Made by a program: the position numbers and the translations under genes. Under the pieces are notes generated by a model. That model was not told the origin of the DNA. It did no database searches and was given only the letters and a program-made list of their open reading frames with translations. 64,000 nucleotides of DNA from Rickettsiales bacterium (GTDB lineage: Bacteria > Pseudomonadota > Alphaproteobacteria > Rickettsiales > UBA1997), in assembly GCA_947442475.1 (NCBI GenBank), contig CANEVP010000003.1, positions 17,204 through 81,203 of the forward strand, in the 5' to 3' direction. Position 1 is the stretch's first letter, and every line of letters begins with the position of its first letter. Of this stretch, positions 48,125-57,566 are shown piece by piece.

Positions 48125-49317
48125 TGAAAATTGTAGCACTAATCACCGCCTGCGGGCGCGGCAATCGCTTCAATAGCGACGATGGAATTCCTAAACAATA
48201 TTTGTCGCTCGCCGGAGTTCCGCTTTTGCGTCACACGATTTTAGCTTTTTTAAATCATCCAAAAATTGATGACGTAATTTGCGTTATTCATCCAGACGAT
48301 GTTGAGCTTTACGAAGAAGCAGCTTCCGGTCTTGATTTACTTAATCCGGTTTTTGGCAGTGATACTCGCCAAGCCTCAATTCGCTTTGGTTTGAAGGCTT
48401 TGCAAGAATATAACCCTACCAAAGTTTTAATTCATGATGGTGTGCGCCCTTTTGTTTCTAAGCGTGTTATTAATGGCATTTTAGAAAAATTAGAAACTCA
48501 TCCAGCCGTAATTCCGGCAGTTGCAGTTGAAGATACTCTTAAAAAATATTCTGACGGAAAAATTGAATGGACGCTGGAGCGCGAAAATTTATGGCGCGCA
48601 CAAACCCCGCAGGGCTTTATTTACAAAGATATTTTAGATTCTCACATCGCTTTCAAAGATTTACATTTCACCGATGATTCAGCGCTAAATGAATATGCCG
48701 GAATTCCGGTGGCAATTGTTCCAGGATCGCAAAATAATTTTAAAATCACTACCAAAGAAGACTTCGAACGCGCTCAGCGTATGGTTTTGATGTTGGTAAA
48801 AAATATAAAAGAAGAAAATCGTTGCGGCACTGGATTTGATGTTCACGCCTTTCGCAAACGTCTTGATGACGAAAGTAAATTCATCAGAATCTGCGGAATT
48901 GATATTGAATTTGATAAAAAAATCGACGCTCATTCTGATGGAGACGTTGGTATTCACGCCTCAATTGACGCGCTTTTAGGGGCAATTGGACAAGGTGACA
49001 TCGGAGAGCATTTTCCACCATCTGATGCGAAATGGAAAAATATCGATTCGCGCGAAATGCTAAAAATCATCAAGCATTTATTGGTAAAAAAAGGTGCGAC
49101 TATTTTGAATTTAGACATCACGATAATTTGTGAAAAACCAAAAATTTCTAAATTCAAAAAAGCGATGGAAGAAGAATTGGGAAAAGTTTTAGAAATCGAT
49201 AAAAGCCGCGTCAATGTTAAAGCTACAACTACTGAGAAACTTGGATTTTTAGGACGCGAAGAAGGAATTGCCGCACAAGCAATTGCTTCGGTTTGGATGA
49301 CGGTTTTAGAAAAATAA
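48124..49317 (+). CDS. ispDF: Bifunctional IspD/IspF (MEP cytidylyltransferase / MECDP synthase)
   Basis: 397 aa. It has the N-terminal IspD motif AACGRGNRF and a C-terminal IspF domain GTGFDVHAF..HSDGDVGIHA..GDIGEHFPP. Confidence 0.95.
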   Translation: MKIVALITACGRGNRFNSDDGIPKQYLSLAGVPLLRHTILAFLNHPKIDDVICVIHPDDVELYEEAASGLDLLNPVFGSDTRQASIRFGLKALQEYNPTKVLIHDGVRPFVSKRVINGILEKLETHPAVIPAVAVEDTLKKYSDGKIEWTLERENLWRAQTPQGFIYKDILDSHIAFKDLHFTDDSALNEYAGIPVAIVPGSQNNFKITTKEDFERAQRMVLMLVKNIKEENRCGTGFDVHAFRKRLDDESKFIRICGIDIEFDKKIDAHSDGDVGIHASIDALLGAIGQGDIGEHFPPSDAKWKNIDSREMLKIIKHLLVKKGATILNLDITIICEKPKISKFKKAMEEELGKVLEIDKSRVNVKATTTEKLGFLGREEGIAAQAIASVWMTVLEK

Positions 49318-49332
49318 AAAATAATTTAAGAA

Positions 49333-50364
49333 TTATTTTCTTATCAACTTCATAACCAACTCAACATTTTCAATTGGTGTTTGAGGAATAATTCCGTGAC
49401 CCAAATTGAAGATAAAAGGATGGTCGCCAAAACTTTCTAAAATTTGCAAAACCTCTTTTTCAATTTCACTTTTCGAACCACAAGCCAACAAAATATTATC
49501 CAGATTTCCTTGCACCACTTGTCCTAAATTTTCTTGCAGATTTTTTTTAGCCCAGTTTTTTTCCAAAGTTTGATCTAGCGCTAAACCTTGCGATCCAACC
49601 TCGCGGGCGAATTCTTCATACATCGCGCCAATGCCACGCGGAAAACAAATCACCGGAATTTGCGGATGTATCTTCTTTAATTTGGAAACGATTTTTTTGG
49701 TTGGCTCAATCACCCATTTTCTTAATTGCTGTGGCGGTAAAACTCCGGCCCAAGAATCAAATAATTTTACTACGTTAGCTCCCGACTCAATTTGATGAGA
49801 CAAATAAGTGATAATACTTTGAGTTAAAATCTCGATTAGTTCGGCGAAGAATTTTTCATCACCAACTGCAGTTTTACGAGTTGTTTCAAAATTTTTTGAA
49901 CCGCCACCCTCAACCATGTAACAAGCTAAAGTCCATGGAGAACCAGAAAATCCAATTAGAGCAGTACTGGCATCTAACTTTGATTTAGTAAGCGACAGAG
50001 TCTCGAAAACCGGCTGTAAATGGTTTTTAATATTGTCTCTTTTGAGATTTTTTAAATCTGCACTATTGGAAATTTTTTGTAATTTCGGTCCTTCATTTTT
50101 TACAAATTCTACTTTTACGCCAAGGGCGTCTGGAATTACCAAGATATCTGAAAAAATAATCGCTGCGTCAAAACCAAATCGGCGAATTGGTTGAAGCGTG
50201 ACTTCTGAGGCGAGTTTTGGTGTGTAGCAAAGTTCTAAAAAGTTTTTTACATTAGAGCGAATTTCACGATACTCTGGTAAATATCTTCCAGCTTGTCTCA
50301 TTATCCAAATTGGTGGATTGGAAAATTTCTCTTTTTTGACAAGAGTATTAATTAATTTATTCAT
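49333..50364 (-). CDS. hemE: Uroporphyrinogen decarboxylase
   Basis: 343 aa. It has the motif PIWIMRQAGRYLPEYR. Confidence 0.95.
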   Translation of the reverse strand: MNKLINTLVKKEKFSNPPIWIMRQAGRYLPEYREIRSNVKNFLELCYTPKLASEVTLQPIRRFGFDAAIIFSDILVIPDALGVKVEFVKNEGPKLQKISNSADLKNLKRDNIKNHLQPVFETLSLTKSKLDASTALIGFSGSPWTLACYMVEGGGSKNFETTRKTAVGDEKFFAELIEILTQSIITYLSHQIESGANVVKLFDSWAGVLPPQQLRKWVIEPTKKIVSKLKKIHPQIPVICFPRGIGAMYEEFAREVGSQGLALDQTLEKNWAKKNLQENLGQVVQGNLDNILLACGSKSEIEKEVLQILESFGDHPFIFNLGHGIIPQTPIENVELVMKLIRK

Positions 50365-50627
50365 TTAAGAGATTAGTTAATTTTATTAGGGCTGTGAATT
50401 ACTTGATTAAAACTTTTTAACATTTTTATTAACAGATAAAAACTTCAAAAAGCCTTGAAAATGAAGGATTTGTAAAAGTTATTAACAGGTAAAATTTTTA
50501 ACAGAAAATTTTTCAACAGAAGTTAAAACTGTGGAAAAAATGTTAAAGTTTTTGATAAGTTTTTAACAAAGAAACGATTGGTGGAGAAGCGCAGAGTTAT
50601 TAACAATTTATTAACAGATTTTTTAAC
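50365..50627. other. Candidate chromosomal replication origin (oriC) region
   Basis: It is a 263-bp AT-rich gap next to hemE. It has 9 same-orientation TTAACA-type motifs and one TTAA-N7-TTAAC (50600-50615). TGTGGAAAA at 50530-50538 is the reverse complement of TTTTCCACA, a DnaA-box match. A near-box TGTGAATTA lies at 50393-50401. Confidence 0.45.
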
Positions 50628-50879
50628 ATGAAGCAAAGGATCGAAGAGAAGTTGAAAAAAAATCTTCAGCCAAAATTTTTAGAAGTGAAAAATAATTCAC
50701 ATCTTCATTTTGGACATTTGGGCGATGACGGAAGTGGTGAAACCCATTTTGCGATTGTGATCGAGTCTGATGAATTGAAGGATTTAAGTGTGGTGAATGC
50801 GCATCGCAAAATTAACTCACTTTTAAAAGATGAGTTTGTATGGGGGATGCATGCTTTGGAGATTATGGTGAAGAAATGA
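50628..50879 (+). CDS. BolA-family protein
   Basis: 83 aa. It has NNSHLHFGH..ETHFAIVIES..F..L..V.AHR.I...L. Confidence 0.8.
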   Translation: MKQRIEEKLKKNLQPKFLEVKNNSHLHFGHLGDDGSGETHFAIVIESDELKDLSVVNAHRKINSLLKDEFVWGMHALEIMVKK

Positions 50880-50903
50880 AATAGGTAGAATTCTTGAATA
50901 CCG

Positions 50904-50938
50904 CCCCCAACTCCTACTTTTTAAGAAGGGGTTGGGGG
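50904..50938. terminator. Bidirectional terminator hairpin between bolA and clpX
   Basis: CCCCCAACTCC..loop..GGGGTTGGGGG forms a GC-rich stem with one mismatch between convergent genes. Confidence 0.55.
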
Positions 50939-50966
50939 TGATTATTCGCGGATAAAATATTAAGAC

Positions 50967-52274
50967 TTAAGCAACCTTCTCTTTCTGAGGAACAATCGTA
51001 ATTATCTTTTTGCCTTCTCTTTCTGCAATTTCCTTCTCACTTAAGTGAGTAATCTTCAAAGGTTTTCCATCGGTCAGAACTTCTTTTGTCACTGTCGCAG
51101 TTTTAATATTTTTTTCAGAAGGCGCTTCAAACATCACGTCCAATAAAATATTTTCTGCAATGGCGCGAAGACCACGGGCACCAGTTTTGCACTCGATAGC
51201 TTTTTTCGCGATTTCTTTCAAAGCTTCGTCTTCAAAGTTCAATTCGATTTTATCTAACTCGAAAAGTTTTTTATATTGCTTCACGATTGAGTTTTTTGGT
51301 TCAGATAAAACTCTGGTCAAATCTTCTTCAGTTAAACCTTCAAGAGGTGCCACAACCGGAAGTCTGCCGACGATTTCTGGAATCAAACCAAATTTAATCA
51401 AATCATCAGGCTCAACTTGGTTGAAAATATCTTTACGAGCATTTTCGTCTTTTGAGCGAACATCAGCACCAAAGCCAATGCTAGAGCCTTTGCCGCGAGC
51501 AATGATAACTTTTTCTAAACCAGAAAAAGCACCAGCGCAAATGAATAAGATATTGCGCGTGTCAACTTGCACATATTCTTGCTGAGTGGTTTTTCTACCA
51601 GGTTGAGTTGGAACTGAAGCAACAGTGCCTTCAATAATTTTCAACAAACCTTGTTGCACGCCTTCACCAGAAATATCGCGGCGAGTATTGTCTTCAGATT
51701 TGCGCGCGATTTTATCGATTTCATCAATGTAAATGATGCCGCGCTGAGTTTTTTCAATGTCGTAATTAGCAGATTGCAACAGTCGTGAAATAATATTTTC
51801 CACGTCATCACCAACGTAACCAGCTTCAGTTAAAGAAGTAGCGTCAGCCATGGTGAAAGGCACATCGAGAATTTTTGCTAAAGTTTGCGCAAGTAGAGTT
51901 TTACCACAACCAGTGGGCCCAATCATTAGAATGTTCGACTTGCTGAGTTCAACGCTTTCAGTAGTTGATCCAGAAATTGAATCAATGCGCTTGTAGTGAT
52001 TGTAAACCGCAACCGACAAAACTTTTTTAGCATGTTTTTGTCCAACCACATACTCATCCAAAATTTTGATGATGTCTTTTGGGGTTGGTTTGCTGCCGTC
52101 GGTTTTTTGAAGAGGCGATTTTTTTTGTTCTTCGCGCAAAATTTCCATGCCAACGCCGATACATTCATTGCAAATTAAAGCAGTTGGGCCGGCGACTAGT
52201 TTCTTTACTTCATTTTGGTTTTTGCCGCAAAAAGAGCAGGATAATTCTTTTTCATCGTCGTGTTTTTTAACCAT
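50967..52274 (-). CDS. clpX: ATP-dependent Clp protease ATP-binding subunit ClpX
   Basis: 435 aa. It has the zinc finger CSFCGK..CNEC, Walker A GPTGCGKT, and IYIDEIDKI. Confidence 0.97.
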   Translation of the reverse strand: MVKKHDDEKELSCSFCGKNQNEVKKLVAGPTALICNECIGVGMEILREEQKKSPLQKTDGSKPTPKDIIKILDEYVVGQKHAKKVLSVAVYNHYKRIDSISGSTTESVELSKSNILMIGPTGCGKTLLAQTLAKILDVPFTMADATSLTEAGYVGDDVENIISRLLQSANYDIEKTQRGIIYIDEIDKIARKSEDNTRRDISGEGVQQGLLKIIEGTVASVPTQPGRKTTQQEYVQVDTRNILFICAGAFSGLEKVIIARGKGSSIGFGADVRSKDENARKDIFNQVEPDDLIKFGLIPEIVGRLPVVAPLEGLTEEDLTRVLSEPKNSIVKQYKKLFELDKIELNFEDEALKEIAKKAIECKTGARGLRAIAENILLDVMFEAPSEKNIKTATVTKEVLTDGKPLKITHLSEKEIAEREGKKIITIVPQKEKVA

Positions 52275-52283
52275 AAAATAATT

Positions 52284-52913
52284 TTAATTTTGTTGTGTTT
52301 GCTCAGGTCTTTTGTCGATTACTTGATCGATCAAGCCAAATTCTTTTGCTTTTTCCGGTGACATAAAATTGTCGCGTTCCATTGATTTTTCAACAACAGC
52401 AAGCTTTTGTCCAGTGTGCTTAACGTAGATTTCATTTAATCTTCTTTTTAAGCTCAGGGTTTCTTGAGCGTGAATTTCGATGTCAGTTGCCTGCCCCTGA
52501 TACCCGCCAGAAGGCTGGTGAATCATGATGCGCGAGTTTGGTAAGCAAAATCTTTTTCCGGCAGCCCCCGCAGTTAAAAGCAATGAACCCATTGAAGCAG
52601 CTTGACCTATACAAAGAGTTGCAACGTCTGGACGTATATACTGCATGGTGTCATACATGGCAAGACCTGACGTCACAATGCCGCCGGGAGAATTAATGTA
52701 AAAATAAATGTCTTTTTTTGGATCTTCTGATTCCAAAAAAAGCAACTGAGCAACAATCAAAGATGAAACTTGGTCATTAACCGGGCCAGATAAAAAGATG
52801 ATGCGCTCTTTCAAAAGTCTTGAGTAAATATCAAAAGATCTTTCGCCTTTGGCGGTTTGTTCAACAACCATTGGCACCAAGTAATTAGCTTGGTCGAGAA
52901 TTCTATCTTGCAT
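52284..52913 (-). CDS. clpP: ATP-dependent Clp protease proteolytic subunit ClpP
   Basis: 209 aa. It has the catalytic Ser context GQAASMGS, plus MIHQPSGG. Confidence 0.97.
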   Translation of the reverse strand: MQDRILDQANYLVPMVVEQTAKGERSFDIYSRLLKERIIFLSGPVNDQVSSLIVAQLLFLESEDPKKDIYFYINSPGGIVTSGLAMYDTMQYIRPDVATLCIGQAASMGSLLLTAGAAGKRFCLPNSRIMIHQPSGGYQGQATDIEIHAQETLSLKRRLNEIYVKHTGQKLAVVEKSMERDNFMSPEKAKEFGLIDQVIDKRPEQTQQN

Positions 52914-53046
52914 GAGAGGGAGATGTTTATTTGGGGGAAATTTATGGGCGCAAATTAGAAAGCAGAAAATTTAAAGCAACCCTATTGAAACTTGTTTGGA
53001 GCTGCATATCTTGCGCGCCTTACTTTAAAAAATTTTTAGGAGAAAA

Positions 53047-53577
53047 ATGGAAGAAAATAGCCGTCCGCAAGAAGATCAATCAACAGAAAACCCAGTAACG
53101 CCTGAGGCAAAAATTGCTGAACTCGAACAAAAATTAAGCGAGTCTAACGAGAAAATTTTGCGCGCTTTGGCCGAAGTTGAAAATGTGCGTCGCAGATCGC
53201 GTGAAGAAATTGATAAGGCGGGAAAGTTCGCTATTTCTAGCTTTGCGGGTGATTTGGTTTTGGTGGTTGAGAATTTTTTTCTAGCTAGCGGCAATGCACC
53301 AAAAGAAGAAATTGAAAAAATTCCGGCGATCAAAAATTACGCCGACGCAGTTTCAATGACGGAAAAAGAACTGATGAAAGTTTTGGAAAAAAATCAGATC
53401 AAAAGAATTTTTCCACTTAACGAAAAATTTAATCACAATTTTCACGAAGCCTTGGTGCAAGTGGAAAGCGAAGCTGAAGAAGGAAATGTGGTGCAAGTTA
53501 TTCAAGCCGGATATTCGATTGCCGATCGCCTAATTCGCCCAGCACTTGTTGGCGTTGCAAAGCCGAAAGCGGAATAA
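53047..53577 (+). CDS. grpE: Nucleotide exchange factor GrpE
   Basis: 176 aa. It has LRALAEVENVRRR and C-terminal GY.....LIRPA.V. Confidence 0.93.
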   Translation: MEENSRPQEDQSTENPVTPEAKIAELEQKLSESNEKILRALAEVENVRRRSREEIDKAGKFAISSFAGDLVLVVENFFLASGNAPKEEIEKIPAIKNYADAVSMTEKELMKVLEKNQIKRIFPLNEKFNHNFHEALVQVESEAEEGNVVQVIQAGYSIADRLIRPALVGVAKPKAE

Positions 53578-55230
53578 AAAAATCAGCGGCTTGAAAGGAA
53601 AGAAGCTAAACTTCTTGCCGCTGAGCAAAGTTAAATTATCTCCCAAAGCCGTGATATTACATGTGCCGTGGGGCCATGGCCCAAGCTGATCTGGGAAGAT
53701 TTCCATCTCTTTGTTCTCAGCGTAAACTTCCGGCGTCAAAGAGCCGATTCGATTAAGCCAAACAGAGCCGTCGGAATTTTTCGAAGGCCTAAAACTGGTG
53801 CCGTGATAGGTAAAAATATTCCCCGCCGCGTGGCTTGATCCAACATCGAGAATAGTTGGGCTATTTGGATGAGTTTCCCATTTTCCGCTAAGCAAATTAT
53901 CGCTAGATACCAAATGCAGTTCATTATTTTTGCTTTCGCTTTTAGCAAAAAATAACCACCATTTTTCATTATGCTTGGTGATTGAGGGGTGGTTGATTTT
54001 TAGATTTTTGGGCAAATCCAAAATTCTCTCAAAACCAAGGCCATCATTGATTTTGCAAAGAGATATTTGTGAGGTTTTGTGATTTTTAACTAAGGTAAAA
54101 TTCTGATCAAAAATTTGTAAAAGATCGTGGTCGCGCAGAACTTCTTTCTCATAAATTATTTCTAATTTTTCATTGAGCTGCAAATTGCAGATTTTCATTT
54201 CGCCGGTGATTAGATTTTTTCTTTCGGCAAAAATATTTTTCTCGCCAGTGGCGCCAATAAATCCGGTTGGATTTCTGTAAGAAATTGCAAATTTTGAACG
54301 CTTGACCCAGTTAATTTTGCGATTGGGAAGATTCAAAAATTCACCAATTAAACAGTTTGAAATTCCGATATTATAAATTTCAAAATAGAAAAATTTACGG
54401 ATAAAATTCTGGACAAGTTTGACTAATTTTACTCGCGCCGAATTGCTTCGACTGCCCCGCAAATAAGAGTGAAATGAGCAGTAATGATATTTTAACCTTC
54501 CGCGATATTTCTTGATGTTGATATCGGAAGTATTTTTAAAACTAAGCTTTCGGACGCGGATTTTTTCTTTGTGGTAAATCAGCAAAAAATTGAAATAAAT
54601 TTGATATTCTGAAGCTGAGTGGATGGTGTCGGCGAGTTTAAGAAAAATTTTGTAAAATGGCTCATCGCCGCCGTGATGTTTTTCAACCTTGGCAAAAAGA
54701 TCGCGCAAAATCTCGCGATTAAAAATCATCATGTGACTAATGCCGGAAACATTCTGAAATTCAGTGGGCAAATTTTTTAGCGCTAATTCCGGCAAGATTT
54801 TTGCGGTGTGTGCCGCAACTCTTTGGTCAAAGTCGGAACGATTAGGATTATCGTCGCGGGTCACATTAAAAAGGGCTCTACCTTCTTTATCGAGCATTTT
54901 GACCTGGCGAAAAAAAACCGTGTCGCTATCGAGAACCAAAACATTTTCACTGATGTCTGGAATTACCAGAGGCGCATAAAATTTGAGCAGTTGCTGATAA
55001 TACCAGCCGTAAGTGCTGCCAATTATTTCTTGAATCGACTCAATCGAAAATGGAAAAAGTTTTTCATCAAACCATTCAGCATTTTCGCTGTAGCGCTCTC
55101 TTGAAATCACAATAACGCGAGCAGCGCCAACAACTTTTTCTTTGGCAGCGGCGATGCAATATTCAAGAATTTGTAGATCTTTTTTATGAGTGGGGATGAT
55201 GATGTCGATTGAGTCTAGTGGTTTTTTCAT
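53530..55230 (-). CDS. Hypothetical 566-aa protein; the N-terminal part resembles a GT-A nucleotide-sugar transferase (DxD)
   Basis: It has IDIIIPTHKKDL and VLVLDSDTVFF (DxD-like). I do not recognise the C-terminal 300 aa. Its 3' end overlaps the grpE 3' end by 48 bp. Confidence 0.45.
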   Translation of the reverse strand: MKKPLDSIDIIIPTHKKDLQILEYCIAAAKEKVVGAARVIVISRERYSENAEWFDEKLFPFSIESIQEIIGSTYGWYYQQLLKFYAPLVIPDISENVLVLDSDTVFFRQVKMLDKEGRALFNVTRDDNPNRSDFDQRVAAHTAKILPELALKNLPTEFQNVSGISHMMIFNREILRDLFAKVEKHHGGDEPFYKIFLKLADTIHSASEYQIYFNFLLIYHKEKIRVRKLSFKNTSDINIKKYRGRLKYHYCSFHSYLRGSRSNSARVKLVKLVQNFIRKFFYFEIYNIGISNCLIGEFLNLPNRKINWVKRSKFAISYRNPTGFIGATGEKNIFAERKNLITGEMKICNLQLNEKLEIIYEKEVLRDHDLLQIFDQNFTLVKNHKTSQISLCKINDGLGFERILDLPKNLKINHPSITKHNEKWWLFFAKSESKNNELHLVSSDNLLSGKWETHPNSPTILDVGSSHAAGNIFTYHGTSFRPSKNSDGSVWLNRIGSLTPEVYAENKEMEIFPDQLGPWPHGTCNITALGDNLTLLSGKKFSFFPFKPLIFLFRFRLCNANKCWAN

Positions 55231-55490
55231 GGGAATTCGTGCGAATTGAAAGGGCGAAAGCGCGCAGAATTGTTATCCGAAATAAAAATGGAATCTTATT
55301 TGTCGGGTAAATTTTTCTTGCAAAACCCCAAGCCCTTCATAAGTTTCCCGCCCCTTTTGTTAAAATCTTCCTTAAATAAGAAAATCCAAACAATTGTTAG
55401 AATATTCGGGATCATAGCTCAGCCCGTGTCTGCGCAAGCAGCACAGAAACATCACTACAAACTGAGCTGTGTCGCGAATTTAGTTTGCAC

Positions 55491-55567
55491 GGGATCATAG
55501 CTCAGTTGGTTAGAGCAGGATGCTCATAACGTCTTGGTCATAGGTTCGAGTCCTATTGATCCCACCA
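55491..55567 (+). tRNA. tRNA with CAT anticodon (elongator Met or Ile2-lysidine type)
   Basis: GGGATCA-TA-GCTC-AGTTGGTTA-GAGC-A-GGATG-CTCATAA-CGTCT-TGGTC-ATAGG-TTCGAGT-CCTAT-TGATCCC-ACCA. The G1-C72 pair argues against an initiator tRNA. Confidence 0.9.
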
Positions 55568-55783
55568 GCCTTCGCTCTTAAGAGCTTCGACTGGCAGGCC
55601 AGCTTTCTTTGTAAAATGAGGAGGCGCTTGCCCGCCATAGCTTTAGAGACGGCGGGGGCTTTTCGAGTTCAGCGTCTTGCTGAAACTCTCGGTTGCGACC
55701 CTTAAAAGTCTGTGGCCTCTGGTTCTTGGGTTAAGGCTTTCTACCCTTGGACTGAGCTTAATAATCTTAAATGAGAAAATGAT

Positions 55784-55987
55784 ATGCCAAAAATGAAAAC
55801 AAACAGTAGCGCCAAGAAGCGATTCAAGGTTAGCGGCACTGGGAAAATCCTTCACAAGCAGGCTGGAAAACGACACAACTTGGGCAAAAAAAGCCAAAGT
55901 CGTATCAGAAAATTGCGTAACCAAGCAGTTCTTTCGCCCGGCCATTCAGCTAGCGTTTTGAAATTCAAAATGCCTTACAGCCGATAA
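55784..55987 (+). CDS. rpmI: 50S ribosomal protein L35
   Basis: 67 aa. It starts [22 protein letters not shown]. Confidence 0.95.
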   Translation: MPKMKTNSSAKKRFKVSGTGKILHKQAGKRHNLGKKSQSRIRKLRNQAVLSPGHSASVLKFKMPYSR

Positions 55988-56012
55988 TTAAAATATTTAA
56001 AAGGAGTTCCTA

Positions 56013-56372
56013 ATGAGTCGTGTAAAAAGAGGCGTTACTAAAAGAGCCAGACACAAGAAAATTCTAAAGATGGCAAAAGGCTATCGTGGCCGCGCTAAAA
56101 ACTGTTACCGTATTGCAATCGAAAAAGTTGAAAAAGCTTTGCAATATGCTTATCGCGATCGTCGTGTTAAAAAAAGAGACTTCCGTGCTCTTTGGATCCA
56201 GCGCATCAACGCAGCTGTGCGTGAGCAAGGTTTGATCTATTCAAAATTCATTAGCGGTTTGAAAAACGCTAATATCGATTTGGATCGTAAAGTTCTTTCT
56301 GATCTTGCAATTCGCGAGCCAGAAACTTTCGCTAAAATCGTTGAAAAAGCTAAAGCCGCTTTAAAAGCTTAG
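56013..56372 (+). CDS. rplT: 50S ribosomal protein L20
   Basis: 119 aa. It has [46 protein letters not shown]. Confidence 0.97.
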   Translation: MSRVKRGVTKRARHKKILKMAKGYRGRAKNCYRIAIEKVEKALQYAYRDRRVKKRDFRALWIQRINAAVREQGLIYSKFISGLKNANIDLDRKVLSDLAIREPETFAKIVEKAKAALKA

Positions 56373-56427
56373 TTCTTCTACAAGTAAGGGCGGGAGCTTT
56401 CTTCCGCCCAAACCTCCTCCCTCCCAA

Positions 56428-56883
56428 ATGAAACTCTACAGCGCCCTCATCAAAAAAAATAAAGAAGGAAAAATCGCAGACATCGTCTTGCTCAAAGAAG
56501 GTTTTTCGTTCTTTGCATTTTTATTCGGGCCCTTCTGGTTCTTGTATCACAAGATGTGGCAAGAATTTCTGCTGCTGCTTGCCGTCAACATCGCCTTTGC
56601 AATTTTTGCTGAAATCACATCAAGCGGCGATAAAATTTTCTTAGAAATTGCGCTAGCTTTCGCCGTTGCGCTAAACGCCACCCACTGGTTTTGTGAGCAT
56701 TTAAAGAAAAGAAATTACGAATTTATTGGGTTGATTTTTGGTTCAAATTTTGCCAATGCCAAATTGCGTTTTGTACAAAATTTATCGGCTGACATCAGTG
56801 CTTTTGATGACTCAATTTTAAACCCCAAACTTCACCGCAAAATGATGAAATTGCAAAATCCCAAAAAGCGGTTCTTTGCATGA
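56428..56883 (+). CDS. DUF2628-type membrane protein
   Basis: 151 aa. It has LLKEGFSFFAFLFGPFWFLYHKMW, typical of DUF2628. It overlaps the hisH start by 4 nt. Confidence 0.7.
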   Translation: MKLYSALIKKNKEGKIADIVLLKEGFSFFAFLFGPFWFLYHKMWQEFLLLLAVNIAFAIFAEITSSGDKIFLEIALAFAVALNATHWFCEHLKKRNYEFIGLIFGSNFANAKLRFVQNLSADISAFDDSILNPKLHRKMMKLQNPKKRFFA

Positions 56884-57506
56884 AAACAGTAATAATTGAT
56901 TACGGTGCCGGCAATGTTGAGTCGGTTGTAAACGCTCTGCGTTTGGTTTGCGGCAGTAATGAAATTTTCGTCTCAAATAAAATTTCCGACATTAGGTCGG
57001 CAAATCATTTAATCCTTCCAGGAGTTGGCGCTTTTGGCGATTGCATGGCTGGCTTAAAATCAATCGAAGGCTTAATTCCTGAAATCAGAAAACAAGTTTT
57101 GTTCGAGAAAAAACCATTCCTTGGAATTTGTGTTGGCATGCAAGTATTGGCCTCAGCTGGTCACGAAAATGGCGAGCATCAAGGTCTTGGCTTTATCACT
57201 GGCAAAGTTGAAAAAATCGCTGCTTACGAAGGTTTAAAAATTCCGCACATGGGCTGGAATGAAATCATTTTAAAAACCGAGCACCCAGTTTTAAAAAACA
57301 TCAAAGACGGCGAGCATTTTTATTTTGCTAATTCCTACCACTTCATTTGCCAAAATGAGCATAATGTTTTAGCGCAGGTGGAATATGGTTCGAAAATGAG
57401 CGTGGTGATTGCCAAAGATAATATTTTTGGCGCGCAGTTTCACCCTGAAAAAAGTGGCGAGGCTGGATTAAAATTGCTCAAAAATTTTCTTAACTGGCGT
57501 CCGTAA
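56880..57506 (+). CDS. hisH: Imidazole glycerol phosphate synthase glutaminase subunit HisH (class I GATase)
   Basis: 208 aa. It has IIDYGAGN, LPGVGAFG, the nucleophile context GICVGMQ, and FHPEKS. Confidence 0.9.
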   Translation: MKTVIIDYGAGNVESVVNALRLVCGSNEIFVSNKISDIRSANHLILPGVGAFGDCMAGLKSIEGLIPEIRKQVLFEKKPFLGICVGMQVLASAGHENGEHQGLGFITGKVEKIAAYEGLKIPHMGWNEIILKTEHPVLKNIKDGEHFYFANSYHFICQNEHNVLAQVEYGSKMSVVIAKDNIFGAQFHPEKSGEAGLKLLKNFLNWRP

Positions 57507-57510
57507 AGCT

Positions 57511-57547
57511 TCGATGTCATCCTTCGACAAGCTCAGGATGACATCGA
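57511..57547 (+). terminator. Hairpin downstream of hisH
   Basis: TCGATGTCATCCT-N11-AGGATGACATCGA forms a 13-bp perfect stem. The downstream T-tract is weak. Confidence 0.45.
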
Positions 57548-57566
57548 GTATAATTCTTTTTGTCCC

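Noticed and set aside
50417-50432. TTAA-N8-TTAA pairs (50417/50429 and 50611/50623) as additional CtrA boxes
   Set aside because: The spacing is 8 nt, not the canonical 7. Only 50600-50615 fits TTAA-N7-TTAAC.
55246-55945. ORFs 55246-55500(+) and 55643-55945(-), and a possible structured r-protein leader or ncRNA in 55568-55783
   Set aside because: The first ORF runs into the tRNA gene, and the second is antisense to rpmI and its leader. The relatively GC-rich 216-nt region has local hairpins (for example CCCGCC..GGCGGG), but I cannot match it to a known leader family by eye.
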